64,000 bases of DNA from Eledone cirrhosa (GCA_964016885.1 OZ024761.1:10044001-10108000); one strand, 5' to 3'; positions 40,675-56,166 are shown, numbered from the stretch's first letter. Translations and numbers: made by a program. Notes: generated from the letters alone by a model not told the origin.

Positions 40675-41111
40675 CTCATGGACAACTTGCGGCCCGCAAA
40701 GCTTTTTGAATGGCTCGCCTAAGTCAGAACAACCTGAGTTACCGCACTTTTTTTTCTTTTAATGATTCCCGGCATGGGAACGCATTTATTTTGTGAAGAC
40801 GTGTGGCTGAGTGGTTAGAGGACTGGATTCGCAAACGTGAGGTTGTGAGCTCGGTTCCTGGACCGGCGATGCGTTATGTCCTTGAGCAAGACACTTTATT
40901 TCACGTTGCTCCTTCTACCTGGAGTTGCGACCGATAGATAGTATTAGCAATCGGAAAGACCAATGGAAACATTGTTTCCTCGGTCCGATTTGACGAAAGT
41001 CGATCGTTCCTTTTTTAATGTGGGCACGAATGTAAATTAGCGCTTGCGGCCCGCCTAATGGTGAGCCACATCTCATGCGGCCCACTTCGCGAAAAAGGTT
41101 GCCCATGCCTG
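40675..41111. mobile_element. hAT/Charlie-like MITE with nested insertions
   Basis: Right TIR aaaaggttgcccatgcctg, eroded left catggacaacttgcggccc, internal cggccc motifs. Contains a SINE (40797-40913) and a repeat also found at 10937-11035. Confidence 0.65.
40797..40913 (+). mobile_element. tRNA-headed CORE-type SINE fragment
   Basis: A box TGGCTGAGTGG; CORE-like tgtccttgagcaagacacttt. An older copy lies at ~54640-54750. Confidence 0.7.
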
Positions 41112-41384
41112 GCTCTACACTCTGTATTCATCAGTCTCCTTCTTTCCTTTTCTCTCCCTCCCTCTCTCTCTCTCTCTCTCTCTAACCATTTCCCTCCACC
41201 ATCTCCCCCTCCCTCTCTCTAACCATTTCCCTCCACCTTCACCCCCTCCCTCTCTCTAACCATTTCCCTCCACCTTCACCATCCCCCGTTAATCCTACAA
41301 TCATACTTTTTACATCTTTTTCCACCCATATCTGTAGTCAGAAAGAAACAAATATTTCCGCTTCCTTGCGCGCGCGCGCGCACA

Positions 41385-41412
41385 CAAAACCTAAACAGTC
41401 ACATACATACTG

Positions 41413-41446
<34 letters not shown>

Positions 41447-41468
41447 CTAGACAGTCACATACATACTG

Positions 41469-41510
<42 letters not shown>

Positions 41511-41572
41511 CTAGACAGTCACATACATACTGGCACACACACACACAAACCTAGACAGTCACATACATACTG

Positions 41573-41622
<50 letters not shown>

Positions 41623-41855
41623 CTAGACAGTCACATACATACTGGCACACACACACACACAAAACCTAGACAGTCACATACATACTGGCACACACACACA
41701 CACAAAACCTAGACACAGTCACATACATACTGGCACAATCACACACACACACACACACACGCACAAAACCTAGACACAGTCACATACATACTGGCACAAT
41801 CACACACACACACACGCACAAAACCTAGACACAGTCACATACATACTGGCACAAT

Positions 41856-41886
<31 letters not shown>

Positions 41887-41917
41887 CCTAGACACATTCA
41901 CATACATACTGGCACAA

Positions 41918-41951
<34 letters not shown>

Positions 41952-41991
41952 CCTAGACACAGTCACATACATACTGGCACAATCACACACA

Positions 41992-42030
<39 letters not shown>

Positions 42031-42061
42031 CCTAGACACAGTCACATACATACTGGCACAA

Positions 42062-42099
<38 letters not shown>

Positions 42100-42130
42100 C
42101 CTAGACACAGTCACATACATACTGGCACAA

Positions 42131-42180
<50 letters not shown>

Positions 42181-42321
42181 CCTAGACACAGTCACATACA
42201 TACTGGCACAATCACACACACACACACAAAACCTAGACACAGTCACATACATACTGGCACAATCACACACACACACACACACACACAAAACCTAGACACA
42301 GTCACATACATACTGGCACAA

Positions 42322-42369
<48 letters not shown>

Positions 42370-42558
42370 CCTAGACACAGTCACATACATACTGGCACAA
42401 TCACACACACACACACACACAAAACCTAGACACAGTCACATACATACTGGCACAATCACACACACACACACAAAACCTAGACACAGTCACATACATACTG
42501 GCACAATCACACACACACACACAAAACCTAGACACAGTCACATACATACTGGCACAAT

Positions 42559-42589
<31 letters not shown>

Positions 42590-42671
42590 CCTAGACACAG
42601 TCACATACATACTGGCACAATCACACACACACGCACAAAACCTAGACACAGTCACATACATACTGGCACAA

Positions 42672-42717
<46 letters not shown>

Positions 42718-42850
42718 CCTAGACACAGTCACATACATACTGGCACAATCACACACACACACACAAAACCTAGACACAGTCACATACATACTGGCACAAT
42801 CACACACACACACACAAAACCTAGACTAAGTCACATACATACTGGCACAA

Positions 42851-42884
<34 letters not shown>

Positions 42885-43188
42885 CCTAGACACAGTCACA
42901 TACATACTGGCACAATCACACACACACACACACACACACACAAAACCTAGACACAGTCACATACATACTGGCACAATCACACACACACACACACAAAACC
43001 TAGACACAGTCACATACATACTGGCACAATCACACACACACACACACACAAAACCTAGACACAGTCACATACATACTGGCACAATCACACACACACACAC
43101 ACAAAACCTAGACACAGTCACATACATACTGGCACAATCACACACACACGCACAAAACCTAGACACAGTCACATACATACTGGCACAA

Positions 43189-43234
<46 letters not shown>

Positions 43235-43368
43235 CCTAGACACAGTCACATACATACTGGCACAATCACACACACACACACAAAACCTAGACACAGTCAC
43301 ATACATACTGGCACAATCACACACACACACACAAAACCTAGACTAAGTCACATACATACTGGCACAAT

Positions 43369-43399
<31 letters not shown>

Positions 43400-43552
43400 C
43401 CTAGACACAGTCACATACATACTGGCACAATCACACACACACACACACACACACACAAAACCTAGACACAGTCACATACATACTGGCACAATCACACACA
43501 CACACACACAAAACCTAGACACAGTCACATACATACTGGCACAATCACACAC

Positions 43553-43600
<48 letters not shown>

Positions 43601-44594
43601 CCTAGACACAGTCACATACATACTGGCACAATCACACACACACGCACAAAACCTAGACACAGTCACATACATACTGGCACAATCACACACACATGCACAA
43701 AACCTAGACACAGTCACATACATACTGGCACAATCACACACACACACACAAAACCTAGACACAGTCACATACATACTGGCACAATCACACACACACACAC
43801 AAAACCTAGACACAGTCACATACATACTGGCACAATCACACACACATGCACAAAACCTAGACACAGTCACATACATACTGGCACAATCACACACACACAC
43901 ACAAAACCTAGACACAGTCACATACATACTGGCACAATCACACACACATGCACAAAACCTAGACACAGTCACATACATACTGGCACAATCACACACACAT
44001 GCACAAAACCTAGACACAGTCACATACATACTGGCACAATCACACACACATGCACAAAACCTAGACACAGTCACATACATACTGGCACAATCACACACAC
44101 ATGCACAAAACCTAGACACAGTCACATACATACTGGCACAATCACACACACATGCACAAAACCTAGACACAGTCACATACATACTGGCACAATCACACAC
44201 ACACACACAAAACCTAGACACAGTCACATACATACTGGCACAATCACACACACACACACAAAACCTAGACACAGTCACATACATACTGGCACAATCACAC
44301 ACACATGCACAAAACCTAGACACAGTCACATACATACTGGCACAATCACACACACACGCACAAAACCTAGACACAGTCACATACATACTGGCACAATCAC
44401 ACACACACACACAAAACCTAGACACAGTCACATACATACTGGCACACACACACACACACACACAAAACCTAGACACAGTCACATACATACTGGCACAATC
44501 ACACACACACACACAAAACCTAGACACAGTCACATACATACTGGCACAATCACACACACACACACAAAACCTAGACACAGTCACATACATACTG

Positions 44595-44670
<76 letters not shown>
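41385..44670. repeat. Compound minisatellite: fixed aaaacctagacacagtcacatacatactggcacaat plus variable (CA)n
   Basis: Roughly 55-60 copies by estimate. Confidence 0.97.
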
Positions 44671-44674
<4 letters not shown>

Positions 44675-45926
44675 GCTGGTGCGCCGACACACATTCACGC
44701 ACAGATGCACTCGTTCATAAACAGACTCTGACACAGACACTCATTCACAAAAAAACACACACTTACACACAGACACATGCACAGACACAGACAGTCGCGC
44801 ACCGACACACTGATACGCAGACATACACATGCGCACGCACACGCACACGCACGCACACACACAGACACAGACGCACGCACACGCACACACAGACACAGAC
44901 GCACGCGCACGCACACACAGACATGCATTCGAAGACCCGGACACCTTCCACCATCACACAGACTCGTGCGCCTTCCCCTCTCTCTCTCTCTCCTTCTCCC
45001 ATCACATATACGCTCGTGTATCTTCCTCCTCCTCCTCCTATCACGCTAATACCGTCTCCCCTCCTCCCCTTCATCTCACATCTGTACCGCCCTCTCTCTG
45101 ACTTCTTAACCTTTACTACTGTGAAACATTAACCTTCCTCACCATTTCACCCCCCCCGTTCCCCCTACCACTACCCCCCCCCTGTTCCCTTTCACACTTT
45201 TACTATAGAAGTCTCTCTCTGTCTCTCCCTCTCTGTCGCTCTCTCTCTCTGTCGCTCTCTCTCTCTCTCTCCCTCTCTGTCGCTCTCTCTCTCTGTCTCT
45301 CTCTCTCCCTACCATCACCACAACCACCAAGCTATCACCACAACAAACACTACCACTCTTCAACCACCACCACTACCATCTTCATCATCGCCACCATTCC
45401 CACTAAAATACCACCAACACTACACCACCACCACCACCTTAGTCTACCACACCACACTACACTATTACCACCACACTACACCACCACCACCACCACACCA
45501 CCACTACTACACTACCGCACTACACCACCACCACACCACCACCACCACTACACTACACCACCACCACCACAACACCACCACACAACACCACCACACTACA
45601 CCACCACCACCACCACACCACCACTACTACACTACCGCACTACACCACCACCACACCACCACCACCACTACACTACAACACCACCACACAACACCACCAC
45701 ACTACACCACCACCACCACACCAGTACTTTACTACACTTCTTTTGACACTTGGATTTCTCGTCAATGTGACAGATTAAATTAGAAAGGGGTGGGTGGAGG
45801 TTGGTGGTGGTGGGGAGAGGGAAGCAGGAAGAGAGAGAGAGAGATAGGGAGAAGGGGGGGGACGAAGGGAGATAAAGATGGTAGCGAAATGAAGAGTGAA
45901 ATAGATAGATATGTTTCTTTATTGAA

Positions 45927-46093
45927 TAATTGTTTCTACTTTGGGCACAAGGCCAGCAATTAACCCCAGTGCATTACTGGTACTTTATTTTATCGACCCC
46001 ATAAGGATGAAAGCAATGTTAACCTCGGCGGGATTTAAACTCAGGACGTAAAGGGCCATAACTATGGCTGGCGATCTACCGATACTGCCAAAC
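45927..46093 (-). mobile_element. tRNA-derived SINE
   Basis: Family homology. Confidence 0.85.
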
Positions 46094-46154
46094 CATGGGC
46101 GGACGGACTGACAGACCGGTGAGTGAGTAGATCGATGGATGGATGGTGCAGTCC

Positions 46155-46425
46155 GCGACTAACCCAGGTTCTGCTGCACTTCGTGCTGAGGAGGGTCAAG
46201 TATCGGTCGCTCTCCGACAGGTTTGCAGTCAAGCCCCTGGCAGTGGAGACTTCTGGTGTCCTTGGCTCTAGGGCTACCTCCCTACTTACCACCAAAGATG
46301 CTGAGCTGGCCAGCCGCAGGTGTGAGCCACGCGAGATGGAATGGCTCTTCCAGCACATCTCCCTTACCATCTTCCGGAGAAACGCCTTCTCCATTCTGTC
46401 CGCCGGGACCGTGGAGCGGCCAGCA
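46155..46425 (+). mobile_element. 3' end of CRE-like non-LTR retrotransposon (restriction-like endonuclease C-terminus)
   Basis: KYRSLSDRFAVKPLAVETSGVLG...EPREMEWLFQHISLTIFRRNAFSIL matches the RLE pattern KY..L...P.AVET.G..G...WLFQRIS....GNA. Confidence 0.8.
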
Positions 46426-46521
46426 CGTGGGACCCCATTTGCTCATAATAGAAAGAGATGGGGAGAGCGAGAGAGATGGAAAGGTTGACAGTGGGAATTC
46501 GGCTCTTCCGTGTTCGGAACT

Positions 46522-49500
46522 AGTTCATCAGTTCATCAGTTCACCAGTTCATCAGTTCACCAGTTCACCAATCCACCAGTTCACTAGTTCACCAGTTCAC
46601 TAGTTCACCAGTTCATCAGTTCATCAGTTCACCAGTTCATCAGTTCACTAGTTCATCAGTTCACCAGTTCACCAGTTCATCAGTTCACTAGTTCACCAGT
46701 TCATCAGTTCACCAGTTCATCAGTTCACCAGTTCATCAGTTCATCAGTTCACTAGTTCACCAGTTCATCAGTTCACCAGTTCACTAGTTCATCAGTTCAC
46801 CAGTTCATCAGTTCACTAGTTCACCAGTTCATCAGTTCACTAGTTCACCAGTTCATCAGTTCACCAGTTCATCAGTTCACCAGTTCACCAGTTCATCAGT
46901 TCACAAGTTCATCAGTTCACCAGTTCACCAGTTCATCAGTTCACCAGTTCATCAGTTCACCAGTTCATCAGTTCACTAGTTCACCAGTTCATCAGTTCAC
47001 CAGTTCATCAGTTCACCAGTTCACTAGTTCATCAGTTCACCAGTTCATCAGTTCACCAGTTCATCAGTTCACTAGTTCACCAGTTCACCAGTTCATCAGT
47101 TCACCAGTTCATCAGTTCACCAGTTCACCAGTTCACCAGTTCATCAGTTCACTAGTTCACCAGTTCATCAGTTCACCAGTTCATCAGTTCACAAGTTCAT
47201 CTCATCAGTTCACCAGTTCATCAGTTCATCAGTTCACTAGTTCACCAGTTCATCAGTTCACAAGTTCATCAGTTCACTAGTTCATCAGTTCACCAGTTCA
47301 TCAGTTCACCAGTTCATCAGTTCACCAGTTCACCAGTTCATCAGTTCCCTAGTTCATCAGTTCATCAGTTCACAAGTTCATCAGTTCACCAGTTCATCAG
47401 TTCACTAGTTCATCAGTTCACCAGTTCATCAGTTCATCAGTTCACCAGTTCATCAGTTCATCAGTTCATCAGTTCACCAGTTCACTAGTTCACCAGTTCA
47501 CCAGTTCACCAGTTCATCAGTTCATCAGTTCACCAGTTCATCAGTTCACCAGTTCATCAGTTCACCAGTTCACTAGTTCACCAGTTCACCAGTTCACTAG
47601 TTCATCAGTTCACCAGTTCACCAGTTCATCAGTTCACAAGTTCATCAGTTCACCAGTTCATCAGTTCACTAGTTCACCAGTTCATCAGTTCACCAGTTCA
47701 TCAGTTCACTAGTTCATCAGTTCACCAGTTCACCAGTTCATCAGTTCACCAGTTCATCAGTTCCCTAGTTCATCAGTTCACAAGTTCATCAGTTCACCAG
47801 TTCATCAGTTCACTAGTTCATCAGTTCACCAGTTCATCAGTTCACCAGTTCATCAGTTCACCAGTTCATCAGTTCCCTAGTTCATCAGTTCACAAGTTCA
47901 TCAGTTCATCAGTTCACTAGTTCACCAGTTCACCAGTTCATCAGTTCACCAGTTCACTAGTTCATCAGTTCACCAGTTCATCAGTTCACCAGTTCATCAG
48001 TTCACCAGTTCACTAGTTCACCAGTTCATCAGTTCACCAGTTCATCAGTTCATCAGTTCACTAGTTCACCAGTTCATCAGTTCACCAGTTCATCAGTTCA
48101 CTAGTTCACCAGTTCATCAGTTCACCAGTTCATCAGTTCACCAGTTCATCAGTTCACTAGTTCATCAGTTCACCAGTTCATCAGTTCACCAGTTCATCAG
48201 TTCACTAGTTCATCAGTTCACTAGTTCACCAGTTCATCAGTTCACCAGTTCATCAGTTCACTAGTTCACCAGTTCATCAGTTCACCAGTTCATCAGTTCA
48301 CTAGTTCATCAGTTCACCAGTTCACCAGTTCATCAGTTCACTAGTTCATCAGTTCATCAGTTCACCAGTTCATCAGTTCACTAGTTCATCAGTTCACCAG
48401 TTCATCAGTTCATCAGTTCACCAGTTCACCAGTTCACTAGTTCATCAGTTCACCAGTTCACCAGTTCACTAGTTCATCAGTTCATCAGTTCACCAGTTCA
48501 CTAGTTCACAAGTTCATCAGTTCACCAATTCACCAGTTCACCAGTTCATCAGTTCACCAGTTCACTAGTTCATCAGTTCACCAGTTCATCAGTTCACTAT
48601 TTCACTAGTTCATCAGTTCACTAGTTCATCAGTTCACCAGTTCACTATTTCACTAGTTCATCAGTTTACTTGTTCACCAGTTCACCAATTCACCAGTTCA
48701 TCAGTTCACTAGTTCATCAGTTCACCAGTTCATCAGTTCACCAGTTCACTAGTTCATCAGTTCACCAGTTCATCAGTTCACTAGTTCATCAGTTCACCAG
48801 TTCATCAGTTCACCAGTTCACTAGTTCATCAGTTCATCAGTTCACTATTTCACCAGTTCATCAGTTCACTAGTTCATCAGTTCACAAGTTCATCAGTTCA
48901 TCAGTTCACCAGTTCACTAGTTCACAAGTTCATCAGTTCACCAATTCACCAGTTCACCAGTTCATCAGTTCACCAGTTCACTAGTTCATCAGTTCACCAG
49001 TTCATCAGTTCACTATTTCACTAGTTCATCAGTTCACTAGTTCATCAGTTCACCAGTTCACTATTTCACTAGTTCATCAGTTTACTTGTTCACCAGTTCA
49101 CCAATTCACCAGTTCATCAGTTCACTAGTTCATCAGTTCACCAGTTCATCAGTTCACCAGTTCACTAGTTCATCAGTTCACCAGTTCATCAGTTCACTAG
49201 TTCATCAGTTCACCAGTTCATCAGTTCACCAGTTCACTAGTTCATCAGTTCATCAGTTCACTATTTCACCAGTTCATCAGTTCACTAGTTCATCAGTTCA
49301 CAAGTTCATCAGTTCATCAGTTCACTAGTTCACCAGTTCACCAGTTCATCAGTTCACTAGTTCATCAGTTCACCAGTTCACCAGTTCATCAGTTCACTAG
49401 TTCATCAGTTCACCAGTTCATCAGTTCACCAGTTCACCAGTTCATCAGTTCATCAGTTCACTAGTTCACCAGTTCACCAGTTCATCAGTTCACCAGTTCA

Positions 49501-50010
49501 TCAGTTCACTAGTTCACCAGTTCATCAGTTCACCAGTTCATCAGTTCACCAGTTCACCAGTTCATCAGTTCACTAGTTCACCAGTTCATCAGTTCACCAG
49601 TTCACTAGTTCATCAGTTCACCAGTTCATCAGTTCACTAGTTCACCAGTTCATCAGTTCACCAGTTCACCAGTTCATCAGTTCACTAGTTCATCAGTTCA
49701 CCAGTTCACCAGTTCATCAGTTCACTAGTTCACCAGTTCATCAGTTCACCAATTCACCAGTTCACCAGTTCATCAGTTCACCAGTTCATCAGTTCACCAG
49801 TTCATCAGTTCACCAGTTCATCAGTTCATCAGTTCATCAGTTCACTAGTTCATCAGTTCATCAGTTCACCAGTTCACCAGTTCATCAGTTCACTAGTTCA
49901 CCAGTTCATCAGTTCACCAATTCACCAGTTCACCAGTTCACCAGTTCATCAGTTTACCAGTTCACTAGTTTACCAGTTCAACAGATTACTAGTTCACTAG
50001 TTCATCAGTT
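46522..50010. repeat. 8-bp satellite AGTTCA[TC/CC/CT/CA], ~435 units, with a 416-bp higher-order duplication
   Basis: The rare variant tttacttg recurs at 48665 and 49081. Confidence 0.97.
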
Positions 50011-50553
50011 GACCAGTTTCATCACTTTACTGTCATGGCGGAAAATGTTTCCTAAATGTTTGATCCTCTCTTGGCCCAAGACTGCGTCTTTGTGGCGAAT
50101 GTTGTCCCACTGGGCCACCATGACAAACGTGACACTAACAATCATCGCAATCACCACTATCATCATCATCATCATCATCATCACCCTCTACCCAATACGT
50201 CCAAGGTCATCACCAATGCGATCACTACAACCATCATTATCATCAATATCATCACAACCATCAACATTATGACCACTACCACCACCACCACCACCACTTT
50301 AATCATCATCACAACCATCATCAACATTCTGACTACCACCACCACCACCTTCATTATCAGGGAGGGTTGATGTTGGTGGTGGTGGAGTGATGGTGGTGGT
50401 GGCGGTGGTGGCTGTTGGAAGAGGGTTATATGCCATACCGTTATCTACTGACATAGTATGGCTGATGGTATTGGCTTATCATTTATAACATATATACACA
50501 CTCATGCATACCGTTGTACATATTTATACTTATATACATACATGCATATATAT

Positions 50554-50748
50554 AAAGAGTCAGGACCCCGACGGCTGAGCTCCGGCCGTTTCGACAGCTA
50601 GATCCGAACAGTTCGGATCTAGCTGTCGAAACGGCCGGAGCTCAGCCGTCGGGGTCCTGACTCTTTTCATATTACCGACTCTACTACCCATAGTATTGAG
50701 TACTCTGGTGCGTTATGGTCCACCTGGTTCCTTACCACTCTTCCTTCG

Positions 50749-50750
<2 letters not shown>
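50554..50750. mobile_element. Fold-back Penelope-like element (family D)
   Basis: Perfect ~55-bp-arm palindrome centred at 50610; contains GAAA-CGGC-cggagctca-GCCG-TC; flanked by (TA)n. Confidence 0.8.
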
Positions 50751-51550
<800 letters not shown>

Positions 51551-51552
<2 letters not shown>

Positions 51553-51730
51553 AGGGCAGGTAAAAATCCCGGGATCCATGGACGAGTTCTTTCCAGCGGT
51601 CTCTGTCCCTCATTATCGCTGCCATGTCCTGCCTCTCCAACAAACCAATGTCTGTCCTTAGGGCATCAACATACGTTAACCTTGGTCTTCCTCTTCCAGT
51701 GTGTCCATGTAGGGGCTCCAACAGGAGCAC
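51551..51730 (-). mobile_element. RTE LINE 3' end
   Basis: Minus frame [29 protein letters not shown]...[11 protein letters not shown], then (TA)n. Confidence 0.85.
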
Positions 51731-51733
51731 TGA

Positions 51734-51775
<42 letters not shown>

Positions 51776-52919
51776 GTATATGTATATGACCCACTACTCC
51801 GAGTTTGTCGACTGGGAGTGGTCTTTCTTCGGGACAGGAGGTGTTGTTTCAGAAAGCTCCATATATGGTCCGCCCTCTGCGAGTCAAGATTTTCCATGAT
51901 ATTACCATATATGTATTATATAACATGTGTGCTATAACTATGGCTGTTGCTGGTGCTGTTCGTGTGTGTACATATATTTTCACATGCATATATATATGTG
52001 TGTGTTTGTATGTGTGTATATGTGTGTGAACGTATTGTGTAAGTAAAGAATGAGTGCTTATGTACGAACTGCCTGCTGGTGGTTAGTTGTTCGGCTGATG
52101 ACTGGTTTGTCCAATATCATCTGAAAACTCTTATATATATATATATATATGATATTTTTTTTCTTCTCTCCCCACTTTCTTTTGCTGACGAGAAGAGCAT
52201 GCAAGCCAAGCAGAGGTCAAAGCAAAGCTGACCTCAGTCGGATACATATGACGAAGAGAAAGAGAGAGAGGGGGGGGGGGGGTGAGAAGTTGGCAGAGAG
52301 AGAGAAAGAGGGAGAGAGTAGGAAGGATGGTGAGGTTGAGAAGGTGGCAGAGGAAAGCTGTGAAAACTCCGATAAGCAAGATGAGTTCAGCAGTTTGGAG
52401 AGAAAGAGAATGAGGTGAAAAAGAAGAAGAAGAAGGAAAGCTACTACGATTGAAAAACCAAGAAAAAATGTTCAGCTTTTCTCTTTTCTGTCTGTGTGTG
52501 ATTTGAAGAGCAGCTTTTTTTCCATCGGAAAGAAAGATGAAGTGGAAAAGAGCGACAGAAGAAATACAAGGGTGACACGGAATGCTGAGGAGGAGGAGGA
52601 AGAGGAGATGAAGGATAAAAGAGGGAGGGAGAGAATGTGTGTATATGTGTGTGTGTGTGTGAGAGAGAGAGGGGGGGGGGGTGAAAGGAAGGAGAGTGAG
52701 AGTTTCTTGTCGAACACAAGAAAACCAGCTAATCAACGAAAGCTTTTCCTCCATTGGTCTTTTGTTGTTGTTGTTGTTGTTGCTGTTGTTTGTGTGGTTT
52801 TTTTAAAACTCTGTTTCTGCTTCTTGCTGCGTTCGGCAAAAGATCTTTTTCATCTTTTCTAGAAAACACTCATGCCTGCTTGCTGTGCTGTTGCATATAC
52901 AACAAACAGTATCATCAAA

Positions 52920-53059
<140 letters not shown>

Positions 53060-54318
53060 TTCTCTATCTATAGCTTATCCAACTATATACTTCTATAGAT
53101 CTATCTATCTATCTATCCATCTTTATCTACCTACCGTTCTATGTGGATATGTCTATCCATAATCCATCTATCTACCTACCAATCTACCTATCTCTCTATC
53201 TATCTCTCTATCTATCTGTCTATCCATCCATCAATCCATCTATCTATATATCCACCCATCTATCTATCAATCCCCGCCGTCACGTCTTGTAATGTGCCAT
53301 TTCGTGTACGCCCTTGTGGCAAATAAAGAAACACATCTCTATCTATCTATCTATATTGATTTATCTGTCTATTGCTCTTGGTTTTCACGCATGCGCTTCT
53401 ATTGAACAAATCCGCCTACACCCGTCCTTCATGTCACAAACACATCAATGTATATATATACATATCATATATATATATATATATATACACACACACGCAA
53501 AACACATCAATATACACACAAACACATACATCAATATATATATATTTATATATACACACAAACGCACATATTAGTATACAAACACATACACATCAATACA
53601 CACAAACACATACACATCAATATACACAAACACAAACACATCAATACACACAAACACATACACATCAATATGTATAAATATACACACCAATACACATGTC
53701 TCTTCTCACCCTTCCACTCACCTCCCACTCTCACTCTCACTCTAATAAATACATTCCATAAATAGTTGAAAGCTATGGAAAACATTTGCAGTTTCAACAT
53801 CTCCGCTTTTGTTGATCTTGTAGTTAGTCTTAGTTATAATAGTACTACTAGTTCTACTACTAGTACTGATAGTAGTAGCTAGTGTTGTAGTCTTAGTTAT
53901 ACTACTAGTACTACCACTACTAGTACTGTAGTCTTACTTATACCAGTACTACTAGTAGTGCTGATAATAGTAGCTTGTGTTGTAGTCTTAGTTATAATAG
54001 TACTAGTAGTACTGTTAGTAGTAGTTAGTTTTGTAGTACTGTTAGTAGCAGCTAGTGTTGTAGTACTGTTAGTACTATTACTGCTAGTAGTAGATAGTGT
54101 TGTAGTCTTAGTTAGAATAGTACTACTAGTACTAACAGTAGCTGATGTTATAGTTTTAGTTATAATAGTACTTGTACTACTAGTAGTAGCTAGTATTGTA
54201 GTTTCTGTGACAATAGTAACACTAGTGCTGTAGTTGTAGTTATGGTAGTACTAGTGGTACTAATTAGGTAGTGTTGTAGTACTAGCTAGTGTTGTTTTGC
54301 TAGCAGTACTAGTGCACT

Positions 54319-54358
<40 letters not shown>

Positions 54359-55199
54359 CAGCAGCAGCAACTAATGATGTTATAGTAGTACAGTCCGTGT
54401 GTTTTATTCACTACAGTACTATTCATTATTGGAAATATGTGTGTATATAGGTATGCATGTGTGTATGTATATAGGTTTGATATGTGTATATATATATACG
54501 TATGCATATGTGTGTGTGTGTATATATGTATATGTATGTAAATATATGTATGTAAATATATGTATGTAAATATATGTATGTAAATATGTGTATGTGTGTA
54601 TATATATGGGTATGTATTTTTTATGAGTACACATATGCATGAGGTGTAGACGCATTAATGGTTGTGTCGTTACGACGGGTGTTTCGCAATCGTGAGGTTC
54701 CAGGTTCGATCTTTGGCGTGATATCTTGGACAAGACTTTCTTTCCATAGCTTCAGAATGGCTCTCGCCCTGTCGCTGAAATTGGACAGAAGGAAAACTTT
54801 GTTTATTGATTGTAATTGCGGTTCAAAGGTTCGATCTTATCACACACACACACACTGTGTCACATTGGTCTTATGTTATATGGTGGGTACTCGTGTCTGT
54901 GGAATACTCAACCAGCTTGCACGTTAATTTAAGGATAGGTAGGGCGTTCACGTAATCCAACAACTGAATATTTCTCGTCGAAACTGACGGAAGACCCATC
55001 ATGCATGTGTGTGTGCGTGTGAGTGCGCGCGCACACTCACACACACACTCATATTCACACACATACATACACAGACACACACGTGTGTGTGTACGACAGT
55101 CAACATCAGAAACGATACTAGCGACACCACCACTCGGGCAATGGAACTAATTCTGAAACATTTATTGCCAGAGAAGTCGTTGTCACCATCGTCACTATG

Positions 55200-55945
55200 A
55201 CCAGCATCATCACCAACATCAACATCATCAGCAACATCTCCATTACCATCTCATCTCCGTAAGTCATCACCACCACCACTAACACCACCAACACCACCAC
55301 CACTAACACCACCAACAACACCACCACCAACAACAGCAACACCAACACTACCACCACCACCACCACCACCACCACTAACATCACCAACACCACCACCACT
55401 AACACCACCAACAACACCACCACCAACACCACCAACAACAGCAACACCAACACTACCACCACCACCATCACCACCACCACCACCACTAACATCACCAACA
55501 CCAACAACAACCACTAACACCACCACCACCACCAACAACAACAGCAACACCACCAACACTACCACCACCACCATCACCACCATCACTAACACCACCAACA
55601 CCAACAACAACCACCACCACTAACACTACCAACACTAACACTACCACCATCACCACCACCACCATCACCACCACCACTAACACCACCAACACCAACAACA
55701 ACCACCACCACTAACACTACTAACACTACCACCATCACCACCACCACCATCACCTACACTAACACTACCACCACCACTAACACCACCAACAACAACTACC
55801 ACCATTACCACCACCATCACCACCACTAACACTACCATCACCACCACTAACACTACTACCACCACCACCACTAACACTACCGCCACCACTAACACCACCA
55901 TTACCACCACCACCACCACCACCATTAACACTACCTTCACCATCA
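55200..55945. repeat. (ACC/AAC)n degenerate repeat
   Basis: Direct inspection. Confidence 0.95.
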
Positions 55946-56115
55946 TCTGACAAATACAATGGCAATGATTGTACAAGCTCTTTTCTACTGCTTCACATGT
56001 TCTCTCTCTCTCTGACTCTGTTTCTCTCTCTCTCTGCCTTTCCATCCTCCATTCTCCATCAAGTCTCAGTACATTCAACTTTGTAAAAGAGCGTTCGTTG
56101 TTCATCAAGTCTCCA

Positions 56116-56166
56116 GACTGCTGGTAAAGATGGAGTCGTCAACCATTTTCATCTTTGCCAGCAGTT
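56116..56166 (+). ncRNA. Pre-miRNA-like hairpin candidate
   Basis: 20 contiguous pairs (4 G-U) with an 11-nt loop, in unique sequence. Confidence 0.3.

Noticed and set aside
41385-44670. CRISPR-like repeat-spacer appearance
   Set aside because: Spacers are only (CA)n, there are no cas genes, and the context is eukaryotic.
46522-50010. Minus-strand satellite unit contains CTGATGA (HHR core or C/D box-like)
   Set aside because: No GAAA, helix II or terminal stems; coincidental heptamer.
52095-52130. CTGATGA...GAAA
   Set aside because: No convincing helix I, II or III pairing.
52149-52418. Charged 89-aa ORF as a coding exon
   Set aside because: Composition explained by GA-rich low complexity; no recognisable domain or clear splice sites.
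56116-56166. miR-8/miR-200 assignment
   Set aside because: Arm order reversed and the seed is absent.
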